Positions 46,080-55,845 of a DNA stretch of 64,000 nucleotides are shown here, piece after piece (the stretch's first letter is position 1; every line of letters starts with the position of its first letter). Position numbers and translations under genes: made by a program. A model generated the notes under the pieces. It made no database searches. It was not told the origin of the DNA and saw only the letters and a list, made by a program, of their open reading frames with translations. The stretch lies in NCBI GenBank assembly GCA_964575865.1, contig CAZNSZ010000010.1:5276-69275 (forward strand). The letters are read 5' to 3'. This stretch comes from an uncultured Bacteroides sp. (GTDB taxonomy: Bacteria > Bacteroidota > Bacteroidia > Bacteroidales > GCA-2748055).

Positions 46080-48749
46080 TTACTCATCAATAACGAATTC
46101 CACTGCCGGTTTATTCTGAGCGGTATCTTTTTTCGTTTTTCTCTGCCACCATTTTCGGTTTTCAGGTTGGGGAACCGGGGTGTCCAGGGTATCCGGAACA
46201 GGATTGAATTCAAACCTGAATGCTCCGGGCTCTTTGCCGTCGGGTGCCCTGTTCTCCGCTTCCCCCTCTTTTCTGAATAGTCCCAGCTCCCTGTTGAGGA
46301 GATGCTTGATCTCATCTTTTTCCCGGCGCAGGTCGTTCCGGATTTTCTGGGCGGTCTTTTCCCTGTCCACCACCACCTCGGCACCTGAACCCTCATTGTA
46401 AATTTTCAGGAAAAGGGTCCTGGTGTCGGTGTCGTCCTCAGCAATTTCAAATTCCCCGCCGGCAGATCCCCTCGATTTGCTGTACAGCAGTTCCGATAAC
46501 CTGAGCTGGACCCTGTAATCATAGTGGTTGTTGAAACCGTGGGTGCCCGATGCCGTCAGATCCAGTGCATTGGACTGAATGTCCATGACCGGTATGATCA
46601 CCTGGCTGTTCATCAGGAGGATGGTGTTTTCCAGTCTTTCAAACTGGATGTTCTCCAGGTCTTCCACCTCCACAAAACGGGAAAGGGCCAGCAGGGGGGA
46701 AAAGCCGTTCAGCTCCCCCTGGTTGATCACGATTTCGTTTTCACTCAGAATGGTGGCGGGCCGGATCCTGAAAGTGGTGTCGAATTCGGCCGAAAATGCG
46801 GAAGTGCCCGTAATGGTTCCTTTCAGGTGTTCATGGGTAATCTGGGACTGCCCGAAGTTGTTGAATGCATAAAACAGCTGGCTGATGTCTACCTCGTGCA
46901 GGGAGGCACTGACACTGGAGTGGATATTACCGTCCGGTTGCCCTGCGATCCTGAAATTCCCGCTCAGTTCCCCTTCCATCGCACGCATGAAGAGCGAATC
47001 GACGATGAGTACGGGAGAATCGTAGGTGGCGTTTCCTTTCACCTGCCGGGCGGAGAGCCTGCCTTTTCGGAAGTCGTTCACCTCGAAGAGCAGGTTCAGG
47101 TGGAGCCTGTCTGGAAACAACCTGCGTGCACTGCGGTGGTTGTTCCTGACGGGGAGCTCATCGATGATCTCCTGGAGGTCCAGCAATTCCGAATGAAAGG
47201 TGGCCGAGGCCACCAGTTCATCATTTTTCCCGATCAGGAATGAAAGCACATTGAGCCCGGTTCCCTGAATGGAAAAATCACTGCTGCCGTAATGGCCTGT
47301 AAAGGAAGGTTCCCAGTAATCATTCTGAATCCGGAGGGACCCATTGACCCCGCTGAAGGGAATTCCTTCGCGGGTGAACCTGACCATCACATCCTCCAGG
47401 GAGATTCCTCCGGAAAGATCGAAGGAGGTAAAACGCTGTCCTTTCGCCTGGTTCCTGTCGTAAGCTCCGGATACCCTGATATCGCTGTTGATGATCCCCG
47501 ATGCTCCGTGAAGGGGGATCGCCCCGTACCAGCGGATCCACTGGTCGGGGTGAAGCGCACCCTTCAGCTCGAATGAAAAATCGGGATCAAGGAAATTATG
47601 GATGCGCCCCTGTCCGGAGAGCTGATCCGCTCCCACCACAGCGCTCATGGACTCGATAAGAAGCGTGGTGGTCAGCGGACTGAACTTGCCCCCGTTGGTA
47701 TAGGTGCCGTTCAGATTGAGGGATCTGACCGCAAAGGGCAGCCGGTCCCAGCTCAGGTTGGCATCGGAAGTCTGAAAATCGGCTTCGATCCGCGGAGTAA
47801 GTGTCGAACTGACCATCCCCTGTATCCGGGTGTAGAGCTGCAGGATGCCATTGCCCCTGATCTCCTGGAGGGGATTGCTCAGTTTTCGCGGCAACAGGTC
47901 CAGCACCTCATGGATCTCCAGGTCCCTGGCGGTGGCATACACATCCAGGTCGACCCCTTTCCCCCTCAGCACCCGGAACTGCCCGTCCACGTCGGCCAGT
48001 ATCCTGTCGATCTGAAGGTGCCCCGTCTCAATGGTGTACAGGGAATCGTTCACATCCATGTGCAGGCGAACCCCCACATCCCGTTCTGACGCATACAGGA
48101 TCCCTTTGTTGGAGGTCTCTTCCAGGTATCCTTCCAGGGTGCTCCTGATCCGGGTTTTTCCCCTGGCAAACTTCCCGTCCAGGTCCAGTTGCCGCAGGGT
48201 TCCGGATGCTTTGAGCAGTTTGGCCCTGTTATCCAGGATCACCCTGAAATCGGTCACCCGCAGCTGGGACAGGTTCAGCTGCTGTTCCTGTTTACGGGCT
48301 TTTTCCACCCTGGATACAATGCGGTAGTTTCCCTCCCCGCGGCTGTCGGTATACATGTGGAGGGTCCCTCGGCTGATCTCGAACTGACGGATGTTGTATT
48401 TTTTTCGGATCAGCGAAAACGGATTGAAGCTGATGCTGACCTTTTCTGCCGTGAGCAGCGTATCTGCCCCTTCTCCCTGGAAGTCACGGCTCCTGAAATT
48501 GTGGCTGGACCATACGGTGACATCGGTCAGTACCATGGAGGTATGGGGAAATCTGTGAAAGACCTTCACGGTGGCATCCCCGATCTCCACCTTGCTGTCG
48601 AGCCTCTGGTTCACCTGTTCCATTACAAAGGCCTGCAGCTGTTCTCCGTAAAACTTGACCACCACCACTCCGGTGATGGCCGTCAGGAGCAATGCGATCA
48701 GCAGGGAAGCTGAAAGGTATTCGAGTATGAGCCGGGCCCGCTGCCTCAT
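46080..48749 (-). CDS. AsmA-family / AsmA-like C-terminal-region protein
   Basis: N-terminal TM anchor, ~800 aa of repetitive beta-rich sequence and a basic/acidic tail. The size and pattern are those of AsmA-like envelope proteins. The start overlaps the pepE stop (ATGA). Confidence 0.6.
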   Translation of the reverse strand: MRQRARLILEYLSASLLIALLLTAITGVVVVKFYGEQLQAFVMEQVNQRLDSKVEIGDATVKVFHRFPHTSMVLTDVTVWSSHNFRSRDFQGEGADTLLTAEKVSISFNPFSLIRKKYNIRQFEISRGTLHMYTDSRGEGNYRIVSRVEKARKQEQQLNLSQLRVTDFRVILDNRAKLLKASGTLRQLDLDGKFARGKTRIRSTLEGYLEETSNKGILYASERDVGVRLHMDVNDSLYTIETGHLQIDRILADVDGQFRVLRGKGVDLDVYATARDLEIHEVLDLLPRKLSNPLQEIRGNGILQLYTRIQGMVSSTLTPRIEADFQTSDANLSWDRLPFAVRSLNLNGTYTNGGKFSPLTTTLLIESMSAVVGADQLSGQGRIHNFLDPDFSFELKGALHPDQWIRWYGAIPLHGASGIINSDIRVSGAYDRNQAKGQRFTSFDLSGGISLEDVMVRFTREGIPFSGVNGSLRIQNDYWEPSFTGHYGSSDFSIQGTGLNVLSFLIGKNDELVASATFHSELLDLQEIIDELPVRNNHRSARRLFPDRLHLNLLFEVNDFRKGRLSARQVKGNATYDSPVLIVDSLFMRAMEGELSGNFRIAGQPDGNIHSSVSASLHEVDISQLFYAFNNFGQSQITHEHLKGTITGTSAFSAEFDTTFRIRPATILSENEIVINQGELNGFSPLLALSRFVEVEDLENIQFERLENTILLMNSQVIIPVMDIQSNALDLTASGTHGFNNHYDYRVQLRLSELLYSKSRGSAGGEFEIAEDDTDTRTLFLKIYNEGSGAEVVVDREKTAQKIRNDLRREKDEIKHLLNRELGLFRKEGEAENRAPDGKEPGAFRFEFNPVPDTLDTPVPQPENRKWWQRKTKKDTAQNKPAVEFVIDE

Positions 48750-49459
48750 GGAAGTTTCAGAAATACACTGAAATCAAAGGAGTTGTTTAGTTCTTCAGGA
48801 ACCTGCCGGTGCCGGAACAGACGCACAGTCCGCTCACCGATCAGCCGCATGGCCGGACCTTCCACCCGGAACATGCATCCTTCCCGCAGTCCCAGAACGG
48901 TCACACCGGGATTGGCCGCAAGAAATTCCATGATCCTGTCCTCCCGGGTTTCTCCGGCGTGCCCGGGGGGGTTCAGATCGGTGTAATGGGGATTGATCTG
49001 GAACGGGACCAGGTTGAAGGCATGGAACCCTTCCGGTTCAACCACCGGCATATCGTTGGTGGTCCGTATGGTGGGACAGGCCACATTGCTTCCGGCACTC
49101 CAGCCCACAAAGGGGGTTCCTGCCAGGACTTTCCTGCGGATCGGCTCGATCAGCCGGTTCTCCTGGATCAGTTTGATCAGGTGAAAGGTATTGCCGCCCC
49201 CGACCACGATGGCCGGGGCCGATTCAATGGCAGCCACGGGATCACCGGACCGGTGAATGGAATGGATGCGGTGACCCACTTCTGTGAAACGTTCATTCAC
49301 CCTGGCTGCATAGTCGTCAAATGAAATGGTGACACCCGCATAGGGGATGAAAAGGGCATCCACCGGATCCGGGCCAAGGAAATCGGCAATCTCGTGCTTG
49401 GGGTAATCCAGGTAGGGTTCTCCGGGATTGGTGGAGTTACTGATCAACAGGAGTCTCAT
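48746..49459 (-). CDS. pepE: dipeptidase E (peptidase S51)
   Basis: MRLLLISNSTNPGEPYLDY matches the PepE N-terminus, and GGNTF plus the S/H/E blocks are present. The ATG at 49459 is preferred because the -7 box sits at 49484-49491. Confidence 0.85.
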   Translation of the reverse strand: MRLLLISNSTNPGEPYLDYPKHEIADFLGPDPVDALFIPYAGVTISFDDYAARVNERFTEVGHRIHSIHRSGDPVAAIESAPAIVVGGGNTFHLIKLIQENRLIEPIRRKVLAGTPFVGWSAGSNVACPTIRTTNDMPVVEPEGFHAFNLVPFQINPHYTDLNPPGHAGETREDRIMEFLAANPGVTVLGLREGCMFRVEGPAMRLIGERTVRLFRHRQVPEELNNSFDFSVFLKLP

Positions 49460-49483
49460 GGCGCTGACGTGATGGTTCAGAGG

Positions 49484-49491
49484 CAAAGTTA
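49484..49491 (-). promoter_or_regulatory. -7 box TAACTTTG for the pepE-asmA-kinase operon
   Basis: CAAAGTTA on the + strand, 24 nt upstream of the ATG at 49459. Confidence 0.4.
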
Positions 49492-49522
49492 ATATTTATC
49501 CATCGTCCGCCCCATCATAAAT

Positions 49523-49556
49523 CCGGCCGGTGCGGGAAAATCCCGTCACCGGCCGG
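49523..49556 (-). terminator. strong GC-rich hairpin downstream of the barrel gene
   Basis: CCGGCCGGTGCGGGA / TCCCG(T)CACCGGCCGG forms a 14-15-bp stem with one bulge and a 3-5-nt loop. On the - strand it is followed by AUUUAU. Confidence 0.6.
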
Positions 49557-49579
49557 CCCGACGGTATCGGGGTATTTCC

Positions 49580-50638
49580 TCAGAAAGGGATCAGCGCCAG
49601 TCCCACGCTGAACGGATAGAGTTCGGGTCCCCGGTTCTCTTTGAACAGGGGCGTCATGTAGTAGTTGGCATACAGGTTGATGGCCCTGTACCCGATCCTG
49701 GCGGTAAATCCCCATCGCAGCGGACTCAGGTTATAGTCACCCCTCGCCTTCTCCTTCGATTTCTCGCCGCTGATCTTATATTTCAGTTTGGTATTGGACC
49801 ACATTTTTACCCCGCCGATCACCCCGCCGGAAATATGGATCCTTTTTTTGCCTGCAGGGATCTGAAATTCCAGCATCAGGGGGGCATACACATAGGCGAT
49901 GTTCATCTTTGATTTGATGATGTTGCCAGCGTAATCGGGGACATACGGGATGATGTTGCCCGTATCGGGATCTTTCCGGATGCTGTTCTGGCCATCGAAG
50001 TTGTAATTGATGAATTCAAATCCGAGCCCTGTGGCGAGTCCCACCTTGTCGGTTCCAAAGCCGAATCCGTAGTCGATCACATTGATGTTCCAGTTCCATG
50101 ATTTCCCGGTATTCAGTTCCATATAGCGCTCCTCCGGAGGCAGGCTCATGGACCAGTCCGGGGTCAGGAAGTTGTTCAGCCCAATTTCCAGTCCCGCAAA
50201 ATGGGGCCTGAATTTTTTCTTCCCGGGTGTGGGCGTTTTCTTCGGTTCATCCATCTCGATCACCTTGATCTCTGTTCCGTCTGAACCTTCCACAATACTG
50301 ATACCGCGGGAACCCAGTTTGACCTTCACGGTGTCCCCGTTCTCCTCCACGATCAGCAGTTCGTTTTCGCCCAGGGTCACCCTGGTGTGTTCCGGTGTTT
50401 CGATCACCTCGACCTTGTTCATTACCCGTACCGTGTCCTGCCGGTTCTCCGGCAGCGGGGCTTCCGGCTGATCTGCTTCTTCAGGAACCTCCGGAGCTTC
50501 TGAGGGCGCGGGGAGCTCTGCAGATTCAACGGCCTGTCCGGTCACCGGTTCCGGGTTCTCTGCCTGTTCTTCTGTCTGTTGTGCCTGTGCAGGGACCAGG
50601 AGCAGGCAGAAGAGCCAGGATAACATAACTTTTTGCAT
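49580..50638 (-). CDS. outer-membrane beta-barrel protein with acidic/Pro-rich N-terminal linker
   Basis: Signal peptide, an E/P/A-rich ~60-aa low-complexity region and a C-terminal ~200-aa barrel ending in GLALIPF. Confidence 0.6.
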   Translation of the reverse strand: MQKVMLSWLFCLLLVPAQAQQTEEQAENPEPVTGQAVESAELPAPSEAPEVPEEADQPEAPLPENRQDTVRVMNKVEVIETPEHTRVTLGENELLIVEENGDTVKVKLGSRGISIVEGSDGTEIKVIEMDEPKKTPTPGKKKFRPHFAGLEIGLNNFLTPDWSMSLPPEERYMELNTGKSWNWNINVIDYGFGFGTDKVGLATGLGFEFINYNFDGQNSIRKDPDTGNIIPYVPDYAGNIIKSKMNIAYVYAPLMLEFQIPAGKKRIHISGGVIGGVKMWSNTKLKYKISGEKSKEKARGDYNLSPLRWGFTARIGYRAINLYANYYMTPLFKENRGPELYPFSVGLALIPF

Positions 50639-50731
50639 TTGGTCTGATTTTTTGGGTTTCTGTCCGTAGGACGGAAGGGATGCGCGAAAAGTTACAGCGG
50701 ATGCAGAATGGTTCCGCCAGAGGGACCGGAT

Positions 50732-53700
50732 TCAGAACCGCATGCCGATCACCACCACATCGTCGATCTGTTCATTTCCTTCCTTCCAGGCTTCAAAGGC
50801 ACGGTCCAGCAGATGGAACTGTTCCTTCATGGGGTGCAGGTGGTATGAGAGCAAAAGGTCCTTGAATCCTCTGTATTTCAGTTTCTTTCTTCTGGGTCCG
50901 CCGAACTGGTCAGCATAGCCGTCCGAGAAGATATAAATGCAATCCCCCGCCTTCAGTTTGATTTCATGCCGTGTAAAGGGATCCATGACCTCATGAATGG
51001 ATACCGGCATCTTATCGGTCTTATATTCGGTGAGCTCCTCATCCCTGATCAGGTAAAGGGGGTTGTTGGCACCCGCGAAGCCAAGCCGTCCGGTGCTGCG
51101 GTCGTATTTACAGATCACCATATCCATACCGTCTTTGGCTTCATCGGGATCCCCTTTCTGGTGCAGTGTTTCCATCACCTGGACCCTCAGTTCATTCAGC
51201 AATTCATCGGGCTCAATATGGGGATGATTGGTAACGATCTCCTGCAGCAGGCGGATCCCCAGCATGCTCATGAATGCTCCCGGGACTCCGTGGCCTGTAC
51301 AATCGGCTGCCACCACGTAAAAATGGTGAAGCTGGTCGCTGGTCCAGTAAAAATCACCGCTGACGATCTCCCTGGGCCTGAACAGGATAAAATGTTCCGG
51401 AAGCTGTTCTTCCAGCTGCCTGCCGGAAGGGAGCATGGAATTCTGAATGGTCTGGGCATAGCTGAGACTGTCCATGATCGCCTTCTGCTGCAGGGCGATC
51501 TGGTCACGCTGGGACCGGGCGAAATCACGCTGTGTCTCAATTTCGGTGTTGGCCACCTCCAGTTCCTGTGTCCGTTCACGGACCAGTTGTTCAAGTTTTT
51601 TCTTCTGTGCCTTGATAGAGCGGATCCTGATCCTGTAGGAAAGGAAAGTGACGCCCACAAAAGTCACCAGCAGCAGGGTTCTGAACAACCAGGTGTTGTA
51701 CCAGGCCTTCCGGATGGTGAATTCATATTTTTCCGCATATCCCCAGATGTTGTTTTTCCCTTTGGCCTTATAAATGAATTCATAGGTTCCCGGCGGCAGG
51801 TTGGAGTAGTACGCCTTGTATTCACTTCCGCGGTGGTAGGAGGAATACTGGTTCCCTGTCCCCCGGAGGTAATACTCATATTCGATGGAGGTTTCATCGG
51901 TGAACGAAAGGGCACTGATCTCGAATACAAAACTATTCTCATCATGGGCGAATACCCTTCCGTTCTCCGGGCGGATCCGTTCCCCGTTCAGGTACATTTT
52001 TTCGATGTAACATACCGGCGAATAATTCTGTGTGGTGGTGGCCCTGATGTTGAAATTGGAAACCCCGTGGTAGGTTCCCACCCAGAGCAGGTCGTCGTGG
52101 TCCAGGAAAAGGCCCCCGGGTGTGATCTCATTACCGCTGAGCCCGTCCTTGGTGTTGACATTGAACTCAAAATCCTTTGTTTCTGTATTGAAATAGATGA
52201 ACCCTTTGTTGGTGCCGAGCCAGAGGTAGTTCCTGTTCTTGGCAGGAAGGATCGATTTGATCACCATCTCCCTGTCGAAAGCAAACAGCTCCAGCTGGTC
52301 GAACCTTCCATCCTGCACCACCCCGATCCCGCAATCGGTACCCACCCAGACCCTGTCTCCGCTGTTTCTCAATGTCCAGATGCTGCATTCCGTTTCCTGC
52401 AGCAGTTCAAAGGTGGATCCGTTGAACCGGACAAACCCGTTGGTATTTCCCCCGATCACCTGGCCGTCCAGTTCGATCAGCTGGAAGATATTGCCTGTAT
52501 ACCTGTTCTTGAGCGGGATGGGCTGGGAGTTGAACTGTGGGAAATAATAGACGATCCCGTTGATTCCGGTAAGGAGAAAGATCTCGCCCCCGGAAGTGAC
52601 AAATATGTTCTCAATGGTAGGGGCCACCTGGTTAAACGGGGTGTGCCGCAGGATCTGCAGGGTCTGGCTGCTTACTTCGTAGAGACCGTCAATGCTGGCC
52701 AGCAGGATATTTCCATTGTCAAGGATGGTCCCGGTAAACTTGGTGCTCCCGGTTTCCAATTCCGGGGTGTAATTGATCAGCTGTCCGTCCCTCAGATAGA
52801 AGATCCCGTTATCGGAGGTGATCCAGATCCGGTTTTGGGGATCCTCAAAAATGGAATAGATGTAACTGTCGATGATCCCGGGGTAGAAATTCCGCAGCCC
52901 CCTGAGACTGGTGAGCCGTTGCACCCCTCCCGAAAACCCTATCCAGATGTTGTCTTCACGGTCAATGAGGAATGAGAGGATCTTGTTGTTCTTGATCCCG
53001 ATCTCCTGTCCGTATACAATGGGTTCCTGGTCGGTGGAAATGACCTGCATGATCTTCGAATCGGTCACCAGCCATACGGACCCGTACTGGTTGGTGGTGA
53101 TATCAGAAATGATGTTAACCGGGAACCGCAGTCTTTTGTTGAGGTTGTAAAGGGGTGAATCGAACCGGTGTTCAACGAGGTCGTCCAGATCGGTGATGCA
53201 GAGGCCGTCGCTGGTGGAGATCCAGAGGCTGTCATTCACATCAATAAAGAGCGAATAACTGCCGGTACTGCTGAGCTGTGTGACCTGTTCTTTCTCCCTG
53301 TCATAGAGGTAGACGCCCAGGATGGTGGCCATCAGGATGTTGCCCGTCCGGTTATCCTCCGTGAGATGGTATACGATGTCGGGCAGTACCGGAAACTCAT
53401 TGTTCATTACCCGGATCCTGCCTGCCGGGTCTTCCATGAACACCCCGTTGTTCCCCAGAAACCACCTGTTGTTCTCGGAATCAATAAAGATCTTGTTGAT
53501 GGGGATCCCTTCCAGCAGGACCTCCCGGGTGGTTTCATTGCTGAACCGGGCCACACCGCTGGAGGTGGCAAAATACATGTTCCCGCTGCTGTCCTGCTTG
53601 ATGTCGCGTACCGAATTGCCGGGCAGCCCCTGTTTGTGATCAAATACCACCATTTCGCGGCCATTGTAGCGGACCGCACCGGAATTGGTGCCGAACCAGA

Positions 53701-55381
53701 GATAGCCCCGGTAATCCTGGTATATGGAGAAGATATCCTCCTGGGGAAGGCCGTCGTCAGCTCCGTAATTGACATAGGGGAGCTGGCCGGTCTGAAAGCT
53801 TTCGTAGTAGCTGTGAAGAAATGCCTCCGGCGCCTGGAGCATATTGCCCCTGATCGCCTTCATCAGGCTTCCGATCAATCCCTGGCGCTGGGATCGGGTA
53901 ATGAATTTTTGAACCTCCTGCTGCAGCTGTGGCTGGTCTTTGCGCAGGGCCCAGCAGACATTCACCTGTCCCAGTTCCATTTTCACTTCCAGCTCAGGGA
54001 ACCCTGACAGTTCGTAGAAGGCATTGTAAAGGATGGTATAATCTGCCTTGCCCGATGCCACATCGGGGAGAAACTGGTCCACCTTGTTCTCATAGTAATA
54101 CCCGGTTATGCCGTTGTTATTGAGGATCTCTTCGTATACGCTCTCCGTGTTGGTCACCCCGGTATACCCTTTCAGATCCTCCAGACTCCGGATATCCGCC
54201 TCCTTTCTTGCCACCACCACAAATGCCGAGGGATATACGGGGACCAGGTCCACCTTTTTTTCCCGCCAGTCCAGCTGGGCGATCACCTCGCACGCCAGGT
54301 CAAAATAGTTGAACCACTCGGGGGTATAGGCGGAGTCCCTGAATACTTCACCTTCCCTGGTTTCCCAGTATTTTCCGAAGTATGGGGTTACCACGAACTC
54401 AAGGGATACGCCCAGGTAATCGGCAAACTCTTCGGCAAGGGCATGCATGAACTGTTTCTGCCCGCCTTCGCTGTATATGAAATTGCGGTCCCTCAGAGCC
54501 ACCACCAGTTTCCCTGACCGGAGGATCTCTTCCAGGTCCCGCTGATACCGCTCCTTTTTCAGGTTATTGTTGAGCTTCTCAATGTAAGAAGAGTAGGTGA
54601 TCCCGAATTTGCGGTAGAAGATTTCATCCAGGATGCCGTTGCTGGCAATGGTTTCGAAAAATCCCTCCACTTCCTGCATCAACGGATTGTTCTTCTCAAC
54701 TGCCCAGGCGCTTTTGGTGAGTTCGCTGATGGGGAAGGCGATCTGGTAATCCTGTCCGTTCCCCGCATTGAAGTTCAGTGCCTCGTCGGCATCCAGAACG
54801 ATTCCGAACACCCTTCCCTCTTCGATCAGCCGCTGCGTCTCCTGGCTGCTTTCGGTGGGGACCAGTTCCATTCCGCCACCGATCATTTCATTGATCTCCC
54901 GGAGGTGCTGTTCGAAGGTTGTGGCTTTCCTGTAGGCGATCCTCTTCCCTGCCAGCTCCTCAAAGCTCTGCGGCACAGCAAGATCCCTGGGAATCACCAG
55001 AAGTTCCGCCGATTCAAGGGTTTCGGCAAACCCAAACAGTTTTTTTCTCCAGTCGATGATGGTGAACGTGGAGCAGATGATATCTGCCTTTCTGAGGGCA
55101 TCCGGGGTATAGATCAGATCGGGATCGGTTTCCAGGCCGGGGGGAATCGTTCCATCCCTCATGAAGGCCTCATCCCAGTCAATGATGACTTCGATGAGCT
55201 CCACATTCAGGTACCGTGCAAACTCATGGGCCAGCTCATAATTGATGTTCTCCAGGTCATCCCTGGTAAAGGCCACATAGATTTTGCCGCTGCGTTTGAT
55301 CTCATCCAGGTTCCTGCTGTGGACAACAGCAGCCAGGACCAGCATGAGGATCACCAGTAGGATTCTCGGACGCCGTGCCAT
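50732..55381 (-). CDS. periplasmic mega-sensor PP2C phosphatase: 2x SBP(MltF-like) + Reg_prop propeller + Y_Y_Y + TM + SpoIIE/PP2C
   Basis: Two solute-binding-like domains are marked by SGKIYVAF...ELAHEFARYLNVELIEV and SGKLVVAL...ALAEEFADYLGVSLEFV. Many Reg_prop-like repeats follow, for example YRGYLWFGTNSGAVRYNG. A Y_Y_Y block (IEYEYYLRG...YKAYYSNLPPGTYEF) precedes one TM about 319 aa from the C-terminus and a coiled coil. The SpoIIE/PP2C blocks are SGDFYW, AADCTGHGVPGAFMS, FSDGYADQ and DDVVVIG. The ATG at 55381 shares one base with the upstream stop (TGATG). A GTG is possible at 55384. Confidence 0.8.
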   Translation of the reverse strand: MARRPRILLVILMLVLAAVVHSRNLDEIKRSGKIYVAFTRDDLENINYELAHEFARYLNVELIEVIIDWDEAFMRDGTIPPGLETDPDLIYTPDALRKADIICSTFTIIDWRKKLFGFAETLESAELLVIPRDLAVPQSFEELAGKRIAYRKATTFEQHLREINEMIGGGMELVPTESSQETQRLIEEGRVFGIVLDADEALNFNAGNGQDYQIAFPISELTKSAWAVEKNNPLMQEVEGFFETIASNGILDEIFYRKFGITYSSYIEKLNNNLKKERYQRDLEEILRSGKLVVALRDRNFIYSEGGQKQFMHALAEEFADYLGVSLEFVVTPYFGKYWETREGEVFRDSAYTPEWFNYFDLACEVIAQLDWREKKVDLVPVYPSAFVVVARKEADIRSLEDLKGYTGVTNTESVYEEILNNNGITGYYYENKVDQFLPDVASGKADYTILYNAFYELSGFPELEVKMELGQVNVCWALRKDQPQLQQEVQKFITRSQRQGLIGSLMKAIRGNMLQAPEAFLHSYYESFQTGQLPYVNYGADDGLPQEDIFSIYQDYRGYLWFGTNSGAVRYNGREMVVFDHKQGLPGNSVRDIKQDSSGNMYFATSSGVARFSNETTREVLLEGIPINKIFIDSENNRWFLGNNGVFMEDPAGRIRVMNNEFPVLPDIVYHLTEDNRTGNILMATILGVYLYDREKEQVTQLSSTGSYSLFIDVNDSLWISTSDGLCITDLDDLVEHRFDSPLYNLNKRLRFPVNIISDITTNQYGSVWLVTDSKIMQVISTDQEPIVYGQEIGIKNNKILSFLIDREDNIWIGFSGGVQRLTSLRGLRNFYPGIIDSYIYSIFEDPQNRIWITSDNGIFYLRDGQLINYTPELETGSTKFTGTILDNGNILLASIDGLYEVSSQTLQILRHTPFNQVAPTIENIFVTSGGEIFLLTGINGIVYYFPQFNSQPIPLKNRYTGNIFQLIELDGQVIGGNTNGFVRFNGSTFELLQETECSIWTLRNSGDRVWVGTDCGIGVVQDGRFDQLELFAFDREMVIKSILPAKNRNYLWLGTNKGFIYFNTETKDFEFNVNTKDGLSGNEITPGGLFLDHDDLLWVGTYHGVSNFNIRATTTQNYSPVCYIEKMYLNGERIRPENGRVFAHDENSFVFEISALSFTDETSIEYEYYLRGTGNQYSSYHRGSEYKAYYSNLPPGTYEFIYKAKGKNNIWGYAEKYEFTIRKAWYNTWLFRTLLLVTFVGVTFLSYRIRIRSIKAQKKKLEQLVRERTQELEVANTEIETQRDFARSQRDQIALQQKAIMDSLSYAQTIQNSMLPSGRQLEEQLPEHFILFRPREIVSGDFYWTSDQLHHFYVVAADCTGHGVPGAFMSMLGIRLLQEIVTNHPHIEPDELLNELRVQVMETLHQKGDPDEAKDGMDMVICKYDRSTGRLGFAGANNPLYLIRDEELTEYKTDKMPVSIHEVMDPFTRHEIKLKAGDCIYIFSDGYADQFGGPRRKKLKYRGFKDLLLSYHLHPMKEQFHLLDRAFEAWKEGNEQIDDVVVIGMRF

Positions 55382-55761
55382 CACTTTTCAAAAAACTCTT
55401 TCAGTCCCCCGAAATAGTATGCATCCCATCCGTGTGCCATGTCCTCGTAAGCATCATCCGGAATATGGGTGTGCAGCAATTCGATCCTGGTAAAATGCCG
55501 GTCCGGACGCAGGGTGATGGTGACGATCGATTTCTCGGGTTGATCCCCGAAAAACCACTCCTGTACAATCTGATGATCCTTCTCAAATGCGATGTTGATC
55601 CCTTCAATATCGCCGTCAAAAAGGGAGAAGGCCGATCCCGGTTCTTCCTTCATGACTGCCGCTCCCCCTGTCCACAGGGTGATGGAAAACGGATTGGTGA
55701 GTGCTGCATAAATCTCAGCAGGGGTACCTTTGATCCTGTAATATCTGTGAATTTCCTGCAT
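55381..55761 (-). CDS. SRPBCC-superfamily protein (AHSA1/START-like, 126 aa)
   Basis: The pattern IKGTPAEIYAALTNP...LW and a C-terminal GW..YY...LK helix are typical of Activator-of-Hsp90-ATPase-homologue-like SRPBCC proteins. Confidence 0.7.
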   Translation of the reverse strand: MQEIHRYYRIKGTPAEIYAALTNPFSITLWTGGAAVMKEEPGSAFSLFDGDIEGINIAFEKDHQIVQEWFFGDQPEKSIVTITLRPDRHFTRIELLHTHIPDDAYEDMAHGWDAYYFGGLKEFFEK

Positions 55762-55777
55762 TGGGTTCCGATATGAT

Positions 55778-55785
55778 CAAAAATA
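55778..55785 (-). promoter_or_regulatory. -7 box TATTTTTG for the SRPBCC / sensor-phosphatase operon
   Basis: CAAAAATA on the + strand, 16 nt upstream of the ATG at 55761. Confidence 0.45.
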
Positions 55786-55845
55786 AGATTTTTTACCGAA
55801 TGACCACAGGCCGCAACCTTTTCTTGGCTCGGCGCATCTTTTACC

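Noticed and set aside
50966-52975. 669-aa ORF antisense to the sensor-phosphatase gene. Others lie at 53168-54007 and 54905-55360.
   Set aside because: Same reasoning. The - strand protein has continuous Reg_prop, Y_Y_Y and SpoIIE motifs across this span. The antisense product is low-complexity with no motifs.
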